Assembly (NCBI RefSeq): GCF_018977255.1
Contig: NW_024704746.1
Location: 40,362,001 to 40,426,000 of the forward strand
Direction: 5' to 3'
Length of the DNA: 64,000 nt
DNA from: Callorhinchus milii
Lineage: Eukaryota
Made by a program: the position numbers and the translations under genes. Within the stretch, counting starts at the first letter, position 1. Every line of letters begins with the position of its first letter. Positions 39,303-52,398 of the stretch are shown here, piece after piece. The notes beneath the pieces are model-generated. The model saw only the letters and a program-made list of their open reading frames with translations, made no database searches and was not told where the DNA came from.

Positions 39303-42004
39303 GTCAAACAGTGGAACATAAATATCCCATATCTAGCCTCTCAAAGCTTATATTGTACAAAGTTAAGATGCATTGAATCATTAATTTTTTTTCTGTAACT
39401 GAATAACATGGAATGGAAGCATAAAATGAAATCTGCATTTGAATATCACAGTCAAAAAGAGGATGTTTAAATTTAGTTATGTTTTTGGTGATGGTAGGGT
39501 TAGGTGACCACAATAACAACTTGTATGGAAAGTATATAACGGTCTTCATATAGGGCAACATTTCAGAATGCTTACAGGGAGGGGTTTGGATGCTGAACAA
39601 GGAGATGGGACTATCCCGTTAAAAGATGTAGGATTTATCAGCTGGAAAGCTGCAATGCATCTTCGACAAACCTTGCAATTATTAAAATGAGAAATGGTCT
39701 CAGACTAGTGCTCAAGCTTCTGCTGAATCTTGTAAGTAGTCAGAGAACCACAAAAATGCTGAATTATCCAAACCCACATTACTTCAATTTGACAAGGAGC
39801 AATTTAACAATCAGTTAAATGCTTTGTTGTGGTCTAGTTCTCTGTTTAAGACAACTCATATCTCATAGCTTGCGAAGCAAAATAATGTTGATTCCATTAA
39901 GTTATTTTTCTGGAAATCAACTGTTGGTGATTGATGGATCATTTAATTCAGAGCTCAACGCATTATATGCTGATACACTAGTTGCAGATAATCATTTTAG
40001 CTGTCTCACTAACCTTGGATACAATATATATTGATCACTTGTTGATGCATTCCAGTTTGTCACCATCTTATTGGGAGTGACCACTCTTTTCCTTGAACTT
40101 AGAAATAACATTTTCTTAGGAAAGGAGGACCGTGTGTGATGTGGGAATATCTGGAGAAGCAAACAAGATAAGTAATTTATAATGAAGATTTTCCTAATAG
40201 GAAAGTGTTCCATCATTTTGATAAATTTTTATATATTGGCCTAAAAAAGAAAAATGTGTTTCAGGAATTTTGATGGGCTTTTTTTAATAAACCAACAACA
40301 ATGTTTGACCTTTTTATTATGTATCTAACCTTCAAGATTCAGGTGCTCAATTTTGTTAAAATTTCATCTTGTGCTTGAAGTTATCATTTGAATTACCATG
40401 TGTCTTTCACTTTACAAGCTTTTCATGAACTGGATTTCCACTTTCTTAAGACGTTTCTTTTGGATGCACGTCAATCTAGGGGAGTGCTAATTGCTTAATT
40501 CAGCTGCAGAACAACTCCACTAGGGTTATTATTAGCAAGTACATTGGAGGCAGGTCTGTGGGGAGTATACTATCAATGTTTTCGTAAGGCCCGGCATGAT
40601 TATAAATAAGATTGTTCAATGAAGGTGAAGAGAGGGGATCTCTCTGCAATAACATGATGTGCATTACTTTTGGAGAATAGCAAATATGCCATTAAAACCA
40701 ATGAACCCAAATGACATCTCTGGAAACTGCTTCTCTTTTAATTTGACTATGTAATTGGTGCAAACGCAGATAATTAATGATGTTTTTCAGGAAATGTATC
40801 TTCTATTCTAATCAAAGCTTCAGGCTGGCCTGTCCTAATATTTCTTCCCAAAAGTAAGCTTTTGGGATTAAAGTTTTTACTTGTTTTGGCATGGATGATT
40901 TTAAAGGTTTGTGTAAGTTGTCTCATATTTGTGATAGCCAGAAAGGCTAATGGAAAAGGTGCAAAAGTATAAGCTTTCAACAGTGTGTACATACAGGGTA
41001 ATCCTCTTATATCGCAGTGTCTCTGATCCGGGTTATAACAGGTTTGCAAAACAGCTGCTAGTCCCACTTTTGAGCAGGCACTTCAATGCTGAAATCACTT
41101 CCAACTGCTGGCATGGACTAACTGGCTTCCCAAGCACGTGCAATGCACTGAGAGGACTTAAGGATCGGGATTTGCAGGGACTCCACAGGGACACAAGAGT
41201 ACATGTGTAACAATGCGAAAATATCAAAGTCGATGGGAACGAGTCATACCTGCAGCAACCTCAGGAATAAATAAATATGTTTGTTGAGTCAAAAGCACTG
41301 TTTTGCTAAATGCTTTTGGCATTGGAGGTGTACATTTTCCATTTCAAGAGTAGGCTTTTTACTTCCTTATTCAGGTTATCACGAGTGGTTCTCCAATGTT
41401 AATTTAAAATCCATCCCGATTTGATTTGCACATTGCCCAGCAGTGACATATTATAGGAAAGCTGTGTGGAAGAGAGATCTGTGAAGGGAATATCAATACT
41501 CGTGACGAGAGCAGTCTGGAAAGAGAGAAAGAATCGATTTGCTCAGACTGGTTAATGAGAATTTGCACAAGTCTTTGCTTTTATTTTGGCTTCACAGTCA
41601 TTCATTAAGTACAAATTGCCAGTGCAATTTGTGAATAAAAAAAGATCCAAACAACAACTTGTAATTATATTGTGCTCATCACACAACCTAACTTCTTTGA
41701 GTACTTTGCTTGTAGTGGTCAGATGCCAAGCGAGGGAGATGGGGGAAGGGGGAAGTGATTATCGGACTTAAGAGGTGGGTTTTAAGGCAAGACTCAAAGA
41801 TAGATGGGACAAGATGGAGTAGAGGGAAAGAATTCAAGTGGTTAGGGAGTAGAACCTGAAAGACATTAAAAGCTAATACTTTTAGTCGTGGGCAGAGGCG
41901 TGTTGGCCAATTCATCACTTGAAAAGTAAAGCTGATCCCAAATAAACAATTTAGAACAGAATCTATCACTACAGACACTGAAGACTGCCATTCAATCATT
42001 TTGA

Positions 42005-42411
42005 TTGCTCCCTCCTACCTCTCCGACCTACTATCCCCCTACCTACCTGCCCGTACCCTCCGTTCCTCTGGCTCCGGTCTCCTCCACATCCCCCGCCCCA
42101 ACCGCCCTACCATCGGTGGCCGGGCCTTCAGCCTCTCAGCCCCTAGGCTCTGGAACTCTATCCCCCAGTGCCTTCGCCGCTTCCTCCCTTTCCTCCTTCA
42201 AGGCCGGTCTCAAGACCTTTCTCTTTGACCGTGCCTTCAGCTCCCTTCTCAACTCTCTACCCCCTCCTCGCTCCCTCCCTTCCCTCCGCTCACCCTGACC
42301 ATTTTCCCCCTGCTCGAGTCCTGACCCAACTGTACAGCGCCTTGGGACTTCCTCCCGACATGAAAGGCGCTCTATAAATGGAATCTTGTTGTTGTTGTTG
42401 TTGTTGTTGTT
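42005..42411 (+). mobile_element. L2 LINE 3' fragment with (GTT)n tail
   Basis: Encodes APSYLSDLL..RTLRS..GGRAFSLSAPRLWNS. Confidence 0.9.
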
Positions 42412-44148
42412 TGTAGTTGACAACAAAGGCATGCAATGCACAATCATTTGGGGCAAGTCTGCCCATTAGGATCAGAAAGGTGCAGGTTCAAACTACCTGT
42501 CAATTAATTCTATTTGTTATCAAAGCTTTCATATTGAGTGACAAAGGTGGCTGAATGGAACTTGAACTGAGATAATATGAAACTAAAATAGGATTAGGTA
42601 TCCCACCAGTCATGCACAGAATATGAAGGAGTGATATGCGACTCTATGGCATTGAGGGAACTTTAAATGGACTCTAAAGGAGACAAGAATTTGTTTTCAA
42701 CAATGTGAAAATATCAAAATTGAAGGGAACAAGTCATATCCATAACAACCCCAGGACCAAATAGATATGTTAATGTGTAAAAAAAAATTTAAAAAAAATT
42801 TAACTGGGAAAAGACATCAATGGTAATGCCAGGTCAGTGTGCATTTAGATTAACTGCTGATAGTTTTCTAATTTTTCTCACAGTGTTGTTCATTTATACC
42901 CGTTTGTTTCTATTGCCCATTCAAGATGAATGAATACAATAATCTTAGTGCTTTCAGAATCTAGTACTTGGCCTTTATATATCATGAAAATCTAGTAATC
43001 TCCATTGTCCCCTGTCCTGGATCGGTTTCCTCTGACCAATTTGGCACACAGTTACCTGGAGATTCAAAACGAGATGGTGCCTTTATCATTTTATTCTGGT
43101 GGAGATCTCCAGATTTGTTTTTGTGAAACCATAAAAAAAAGTAGAAGTTAAAGCATTCAGACAGTCTACAAGGTAATTATTATTTATTCAGATATCCTGA
43201 AGAGAAAACCTGCCGTCATGGTGGGAAATAATATAGCATTGACCTAAGAGAATGTTAACATAATTCACTTGGACAAGGTACAATAATTTTGATCAAGCAA
43301 GCTGCTCCTCGCCTTGTGCTTGCTTAGATAAACCCTAATTTCCCCCCTCTGTTAGGGCCCTTAATAGAACATACAGCACAATCCCTCTTCCACAAACTCC
43401 TCATGGCCCATCTTGAAATACAGTATTAGCGCAAAGTGAGATTGGGAAGAACTGGAAACAGCTGATAAAGTCTCAAGCAGGTAACATATTGCCTCAAGCA
43501 TTCAGCTCGGAGCCAGCTTCTCTACTAATTCCATACTCTTTGACAGATTTAACAACATCAATGAGTTGCTCTGTAAGACATCAAGTGGACCGGTTAACTC
43601 CAGATTATGCCAGTGTTCAGACTGCCTTTCAAGAAAGGCCAAAGAATTAAGGTGTAAAGCAGCCAAAAGGAAGTCTCCTGGTATGCGACTCTATAAGCCT
43701 CTTATAGGAGCAATTTAGCTGAATAAATAAATGCTTTTGAAACTATTTAAATCAATTTCTAGTATGTACACTTACAGTATTTTTTTACAGTAATATTTAA
43801 TCTACAGTTAGTTTCTTCACCAATTTTCCATTTATGTTCAACTGACTTGGAACCCGTTTGTTAGTTAATTGGCAGATTGCTTTTCCAGGGACAATACCTT
43901 AAAAAAATAATAATTTGGTCACTCAATCCACAACTGTTTGTGGGACACCGCTGTGCACAATTGGCTGCCACATTCCACCCACAAAACATAGACAATTCAC
44001 TTAACAGTATATTCTGTGAAGCACTTTGAGACATCTCGAAGCAATGATAAGGCACTAATTCAAATGCAAGGATTATTATTATTTTGTAATATTTCAGATT
44101 GTGTGAGACATACTGTACAAACCTAGAAAACTATAGTGTTTATGAAGC

Positions 44149-44227
44149 AGAATCACAGGGTGATCTAAGCATTAATCTCAACAACTCAATATGTTAAGAT
44201 TAATGCTATTAATCACCCTGTGGTTCT
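44149..44227. repeat. Imperfect inverted repeat (hairpin)
   Basis: agaatcacagggtgat/atcaccctgtggttct and agcattaatct/agattaatgct arms. Confidence 0.8.
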
Positions 44228-46646
44228 TGTGACAAATTGATCAGCTCAATAAATATCAAGGTTGAGATGTCTAATTGCAGAGCAACTCTTACAGGAGCCC
44301 AGGAGCCGAGACCACTGGTTGACCAGATTATCTTGAAGATATGATTTCAGCAGAATGTCAATTGGCAGGTAACTTATCAGTCACTTTATCCCCGCTCTCT
44401 GGAACGCTCTCCCGAAATGCCTCACCTCCCTCTTTCTCTGCTTTTGCTTTCAAAAGCAGTCATAAGACCTTCTTGTTCAACTGAGTCTTTGGCCAACTTC
44501 TTCCCCAACCTAGTCTCCCCATCTCAACCCCTCCCCCCACCTCAAGATCCTACTCAGTCCTTATAAAGCACCTTGAGATGTTCATAGGGTCAAATTGTGA
44601 TAAGGTCAAATTGTGGTTGTGAAAATCAATTGAGACAATTACTCATTGTAGACGCGTTAAAGCTCTAGGGGAGACCAACTGACCAATAAATAACATTTAA
44701 GGGAGGGACATCATTCATGCATTAGAGAGCATGTTCCATTTATGTCACCAAGGGACATAATGATTGTTTTTCTCCCTATTAGCAGCAATTTTATGAGTAG
44801 AGTCGGATTCGGGATTTATAGTTAGTTTCTACCCATTGGTGGCAATAGTAATCTTGCATAACACACTGCAAAGGAGAGTATTCCTTGTGGAATTACAGTG
44901 TGTAACTCGATATACAAGGTCTAATTATTGTTGCTTTGGCATTCTTTACAAGCTGTTGATGTTATTTTATATTGCAGGAAGGAGTGACCATACATGTATG
45001 ACGTTAATAGCTGAACACAATCATACAGCCCTCCGTAATGATAAATGATTGAGATTCCTTTAAAGAGCATATGGTTTCTTTGTAAAATTCCATGTCAGCA
45101 TGGGGTTTTGATTGACATTTTCTGGCTTGGCTTCAAATGGAAACTGTAGCTCCGTGGCTAGATCTCCTGCAAAGTTGAATTATGCATAGCACAAGGTCAA
45201 TGTCCCAGCAGAAAATGACAAAATGCCATTGAGCTGAGTATAATGCAATATATTCATTGATATGTAGGATCTGGTTTGATTTGAAATGGGCTGCATTTGT
45301 CAGATGTAAGAGCACAGCAACTGGTTTTATAGAACCAAGACTACCTTTGTCCTTCGGTCTCTCCTGAGCATTAATGTAAAACAAACATGACTAAGCTAGC
45401 TGTTATAGATATTTTACTGCAAAAGCAGAGGGGCAGGTTATGTTTTTGCAATAAGAATTAAAATGGAGATTATGATTTTAGATTTCTGCAATTTAAAACC
45501 CCCAAACCTATTACTCGATGGAAGCATTTCCCACAACCTGGTGAAATGCACGACTTGAGTGAATGTTACATGGTTGTGAAGGGAAATTAATTTTCAAACA
45601 ACTCTCACCCCTGGTGTAACCACGGATATTCCAGCAATATTACTCAATTATACTTCAACCTCATCAGTTTCGGTATGGGCGCCAACACTGAGCCAATGTC
45701 TGAAAGCACTCTGGAATCCTGGTTAATCCAGTTTAAATTCAATAGGCTGTTCTGCAGCATGTTCCATATCAAAAAAAAGCAAGAATCTAATTATCTCTCA
45801 TAAAGCGAGATTGTTGTGTTACTCAAATGCAATTATTTATTGTCCTGCAGAACCAATTGCATGTGCCAAATTCATGCTAAAACATAAGCGGACAGTAAGT
45901 GGGAAGCCCAAAATCAACAAGGGTTCCCACAGCTGCTCACTACCCAGTGGCCCACTGGCGGTTGATTGGGCCAAATAGACTCAGTTGTAACACCTGACTG
46001 ACCATATGCGCTGCTATACCCTGGTGACACACATTGCCAAGGCTCATACACAAATAATGACAACTGCAGTGAAGTACAGGGGGGGGGGCAGGACACAACT
46101 GGCACTGGTGGAGATACATAACGGCACTTTATATAAATGCAAATACTGTAGTTGTTGCGTAAGAAACATCTCATATCTGGGTTTGGATGGCACTTGACAC
46201 CACCTCAAAATACTCAATAAGATCTTCATGTCACCACGTTATCTGGGAGGATTTTATTGGTTTGATGACTGAATCTTTTATCTGCTAGAATGTATTCTTT
46301 TGAACTTGTTCCTATTACAGTGGCTTTGAAAGTAACAGGTTCAAGTGCAGGATAGTGATTCAAATATCGGGCTCGCTGGTAGTTACGAGTTTATTCTATG
46401 AAGAAACACGTCTTTTAGATGAAGGCACAGTTTCTGTGCTGCATTTGTCTATCCCATCCAGGACAGCAGGAAGGAAAAACTTGTCGAGAATCCTCAGCAA
46501 CCCCTGCTGGTGAGGACAGGATTTGGTTACTCTGTGACCCCGCTAAGCAGTCAAATAGCTTGCTCACGCTCACTATCAAGATTCGTATATGAAATAATGG
46601 CCACACTAAAGAGTTACTTGATGGAGGCCTGTATTGTCAAACCAAA

Positions 46647-47080
46647 TGGAGTCCTGTAGCTTAGTGCACTGACTAAGAGCTTAATTTAAGAGCACTCGCT
46701 TCGCAAGCAAGAGGACCTGGGGTTGATTCCGGGGCAGGGCGAAACGTTGGGCAAGTTTCCTTCCTCCACATGCCTTTGTTTAACTACCAGTAAGTAGAAA
46801 CTCGGTTGTTAGTCGATTTGCCTCACCTCCTGCAACCTCGTCTAAAAGACTTGCTTTTCCGGGGGCAATAATTTCTTCAAAAAAATAAAATAAAAATAAT
46901 AGTAATAATCTGATCACTCAATCCATGACTGCTAGTGGGACACTGCTGTGCGCAATTGGCTGCCGCGTTTCGCCCACAAACATAGTCAATTCACTTTACA
47001 GTATATCCTGTGAAGTGCTTTGAGACATCTCAAAGACATGATAAGGAGCTATATCAAATGCAAGGATTATTATTATTATT
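46647..47080 (+). mobile_element. Full-length tRNA-head SINE, long-body variant
   Basis: Same head and tail as 32354-32671, plus about 90 bp of extra body and a short insert after the A box. Confidence 0.85.
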
Positions 47081-48279
47081 TTTGCAACAGAAGGGGAATG
47101 AAGAGGGTAGAAAAAAATGAATAATAGTAATTCTTGCATTTGATATAGTAGCTTTCATGTCTGAAGGACTTCAAACTGTCCGTACTTTTCCAGGAAATTT
47201 GGTTTAGAATCCCCATTTAATACTACAACAACGGCTTATTTTGCATAGTGATTATTGTTGACAATCAGTATGCTGTACAATTAGTGAGGATTGTTCAGGA
47301 TCTTCTACTTTGGTGTTATTTGTAACAATAATAATTCATTTGGTACAGCACCTCATCACGTCTTCAAGACATCTCTAATCACCTCACAGGATTTAGTGTA
47401 AAGTGTAGTGATTATGTATTATGAGATAGTCAGGGATATCTGACTGATTCTTCAGGACTGTAAGACCTTGATATGGTGCAAAGATGAAATAGTTAACTCA
47501 TTTGGAAGCTCTGACCACTTATCAGGTGAAAGAATCCATAGCCCCTTTACAACAACTTTATATAGTGCCCTTCACGTGGTAGTGTCTCAGAGCACTTGTG
47601 CAGCCTTACCTCCTGCAACCTTACCAACCCAGCCATTCCCCCTCGCTCAGCAAACAAGGGCCTGCTTCATTGTGTGTCCCACCCACACCCCAGCAAGTCC
47701 ACTATTGAGATGAGATTTCAGTCCCAGTCGCTTGAATTCGCCCCCTCCCCTCAATTTCAAAACTGCCTCAAGACTTAACTCTTTCACTGTGCTTTTGACC
47801 ATTGTCCCCCAATGACCCTTTCATATTAAGTGCCCAGCAAGCAGTGTAAAGCATTTTGAAACATTCTCCCAACATGAAAGAATCTATAATTTAACTTGTG
47901 CTGCTGTATCCTGATAATCTTACTACCATGTACTTTTTAAAATAAATTAAGCTACATGGTACAACATGAGCAGTTGCATTGCAGTGATATTTTTGTGTGA
48001 TTTACATAAATGCTGATGTACACTCCATGATCTTACATTGCAAAACATCACTATTTTTGAAAATAAATGTCCATCTTTAAGCACAAGAATTCATCATGTG
48101 GATAATGTGAAAACTGCTTGCCTCCTGCTTTCAAGGTTAATCTTTTGAGCCATGTGAAGTTAGACACAAGAGATCCACAGACTGCAATGCGACAAGGAAT
48201 GAATGGCAAGCCTTGTGCAGATTTCACTGTGCAAGGTGTGTGATAGTCAAACATGCAAGAATGCAAGCTATCAGTTTGT

Positions 48280-48702
48280 ACTGCCTCACCTCCGAATCAG
48301 AAAGTTGTGTTGGGACTTCGAGATTAAAGTCCAGGCTAACACTCCAGTGTAGACATTTGGTACACTACCCTGTGTGAAGGACGCTATATAAATGCAAGTT
48401 GTTGTAGAGCTGAAGGGTCAAAGTTGCCATCCGTTGGATGAGATGTTAAACTGAGGTCCCATTTACCTGTTGAGGTAGACGTTAAAGTTCCCACGCCATT
48501 GGTCAAAAAGAGTTTTCTGCCAGTGTCCTGGCAAACAATCCCCCAAATTAAAAATTGGTCATTCAATTCATGGCTGTTTGTGGAAATTGACTACTGCGTT
48601 TGTCTATAAATACCCAGCTCTACATTTCACAGTAAAATCCTGTGAATCATTGAGATGGTTTGAGAATGTCATAAAGTGCTATATCAAATGCAAGGGTTAT
48701 AA
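48280..48702 (+). mobile_element. Deu-domain SINE with a short L2-type tail inserted (about 48365-48405)
   Basis: Head, Deu core and tail are present, with internal 'gtgaaggacgctatataaatgcaagttgttg'. Confidence 0.7.
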
Positions 48703-51700
48703 TCTGTTATAATCTGTGCTCCTGAAGTTTGGCAATTATGTTGTACAGCTATCAGCTATACCTACAATCTCCCAATAGTCACAGGTGGTCTGTCATTTAT
48801 CTCAAATGTCCTGGGCATAGCACACTGAGCTAAAAGGGCAGTACTTGTTACATGCATGAAATCCTTTCCTTTTGAATTATGCAAAGGCATTATGAATAGA
48901 TGCACATATATTGACACCTGTGCAGTTTATGTCTAAACATCATTAAAAAAAACAACCATAATTAAATGCTGTTCTATTTTTGGAAAGTGTACATCATTTC
49001 AACATGCTCATTAGCTCTATAGGCAATTGCACATGGTTGAATGACAGATTTTGAACATAGAAAGAACCAGTAGTGTAGACATTCACTTGGCAGTGAACTT
49101 CACAGGTACAAGTAAAAAAACTGTGATTATAGAGAACAGTTCTAAATCTGTCTGTAACAGACATTACGAGACAGTGAGGACCTGCCAGTCTAAATTACCT
49201 TAGCTCTGCTGCTCTGACAAAGTCAAATACTTAATTCTTTACCAGTGTGTCCTTTGGAAATTCAGATATTTTATTCTCCACATTCATCTCCTTTCATAAT
49301 CTCTCTGCTGTTCTAAGGCAACTGGTGCCATAACAAAGATTCATCAGCATATTCCTCACACTGATAATTTTGTGAACAAATGGAGGAGTGACATAATCCC
49401 ATTTGAGGGGTGGATTTCAATCATATCTGTGGGCACTGTCTCATATATTTGGCAAACAAACAGAACAATACAATCCACTATTCATCAAGAAAGCAGCCTT
49501 TAACTCTGCAAAACTGCAGCAGTAATAGCTAGAAAGGACTAAATGCCAAAACGTATCCTGTTCAAAATATTTCCACAGTTATCATAGTGCAAAAACATTA
49601 CTGTGTACTCATGATTCCCGCACTCCAACTAAATATGAGAACTGCCTTACATTTAGTGTTTCAGAGGGGTGGAAGCTCAAGTGGAATATAAATAGCGGCA
49701 CAGGCTAGTTCAGCTGAATGACCCATTTCCGTACCATTCAAGGTTATTCAGAAAGGTGGTCCTCATGAATAATATTTGGAAAAAAGTGGTAAATATTAGA
49801 AATAACTCTGGGATGAAATATTCATTTGCATTGATTTAGAAAAGAGAATTTCAGATCAGGTATGAAGATCAATGTAAAATCATTGTGAAGCACAAAATAT
49901 AGCTGCTTAAATTGGGATTAATAGGATTTGAGTCAATAGCAGTTAAGCAATAGCTTTGTACTTCAGCCAAAGAGCAATTTTACAATAATGAAGGACGAGT
50001 TTCTGCTTAGATTAGCTCCAAAATCTGCAAAAGTAATTTAGCATAAGTGAGAATAAATCATTAAGACTGGAATACCTAATGAATTGACTGTTAGTCTAAT
50101 ATATTAACTGTGAGACCTTGTTCTCTGGGCAACTTCAGCAAGCTGTCAGACATCATCAGACATGACAGCTATGCAAGGCATAGGGATTCTGCCACATCGT
50201 GCATGCATCATTTACTAAAGGTTCAGGAGATAATGGAAATGAAATAAACACTGTAATAAATGAATTGTGTTTGTGTTACGGGTTGACAATAGAACAAGAT
50301 TCACCCAAGAAAGTGAATGGTTTATTCTTCAAATTGCTCAACATCTCAGTGACATGACAAATATTGTCTAAATATCCTAGAACTTTTACATTTTTTCAGA
50401 GAGATAAACTAATACGGAGACTGGTCATGTATATCAAAGTCAAAGTCAGTAAATAGATTTTTATGAAGCATGACCTTTATTTTTGGTTCTTTGATGCTTT
50501 TGACCAAAATCTGCCATGTGAGGTGAGTACAGCGTATGCCTTCACAGCTGGAGAAGCCAACAGATGATAAATTTATGCTCCACAGAAGAGCAAGTGCGAG
50601 CAGTGATGCAGTGACACTGCAGAAATTGACCATTGTCCAAATGAGTCCTGGAGATGCAATATAGCTCTTAAATAAGACCACATTGTTTCACTTGGGGATT
50701 CAATTCTGGATGTTTTAAAATGTCTATAATTTGTTCAGGGGTATGATGACATCATTGATTATATTTAAAATAATAATAATAATCCTTGCATTTGATACAC
50801 CTTTCACGTATATTCTTATATTTTACCCGTCCTCCATTTAGTTTCTAATTACATTTTGTCTACTTTATTTTCTGATTCAGTACAAAACAAGTGTCCATTT
50901 CCACTTGGCCAAAGCCACTTACTGTTTAAAGTGCATAAATCTTCCCCTCTTTTTCTGAAATCAACCTAGATTTCACACTCGTAGCCTCTCCCTTAGAATT
51001 ATGGGCTTTATATCCTTTATGGGAATATAAAGAAAGATATTCAGACATCCAGGGATTTATGCGAAGCCATGTAAAGCCCACAGTGTTGAGCTAGCTCCCT
51101 CAGGATGCTTAATTGTGCAAGAATATAATATGCATCTGGAAGATAGCTAGACATTAAGGAAAACTATAATTATGCACCATGTTATTAAGATGTACATTTC
51201 AATAATCAGCATTTATTTAAAAAATGCACTGTACCTATAATACTGGTCTAATGTATAAATCAATGCACTTGGTTTCTTGTGTAAAAAAAACAAACATGCA
51301 TTTTCTTTTCTATTCTTCACCTTGTCCTCCATTGTATCCTGTCATTTCTCATCGAATTTCTTTCAACGTACTGATTTTAATGTCCTTTGCAATCTTCCGT
51401 TCTCATTCAATCTGTACAAGGAGTCAACAGAGAATGTCTAGAATCCTAGAATCTGATCGAACATAGCACCAGAGGGAGCAGTAATAGATTTTTTACGGCA
51501 ACACTATTTTGACTCAAATTGGTCTTGCAACCTTGATACAAAAGCCTGGACTACGGATTAGCAAGAGATTGGTGTCATTTCCAAATCAGGTTTCCATCTA
51601 TTTACAGCCCTTTAGCCAGCTTCCAGTGGGAGTGGATGTGGGGGGAGAAAATCACAACATAGCAGTCAGGAGAAAGAATAGTCTGGAAAAAGCAATTATC

Positions 51701-52398
51701 TACTTAGCCATTAAAGGGTTTAATGTGATGATGTCAAATATTTGGATCAAAACAGAACAAAATTGCATCAAAGTACAGTCGAATGCAAACTAATGAAAAC
51801 TGATGCACTTTCAGGTGCTACAGAATTAACTCATCAGGCAAAAGAATCTTTAAGGGCTATTGCAGACAACAGTAGGCTGAGTGGAAAAATATTTCATACT
51901 TAATGATTCATCTTCTGTTAGAAAACAGAAGCATTAGGGCTTCACAGCACAAGATGCGATAAAGCTGAAATAGAAAAGACATCCTCAATATTCTTTCCTC
52001 CCTTATACTTTATTTAGCCATCAATAAGCCCCCAGTAAATCAGGTTGATACAATGCTGAGCTTTTCTCAAGCCTGTTCAAATTCAGGTTAAGATTCCTAC
52101 CCTTCAATCTGAACAGACGCTGCATAATTGTTTCTAGCTGTCTTGGTTCTAAAACCACTGAACCATACGGTCTTAAGTTCCATAAGGTATAAAAGAGGTG
52201 TGTGAAATATTACTAAAGGTCGAAATTTTATTTCACATGAATAGTTTATGACAATCTAATTGTAGTGATTAGCACAAAGAACAGAACTTTTTGTAGAAGA
52301 CCACATTCTAGGATAAGTGCCTTTCATGTCATTCGAATTATCACGGTTCCCTATTCTTTTGTAACATATAAATAATATGTATATATAACTACGTAATG

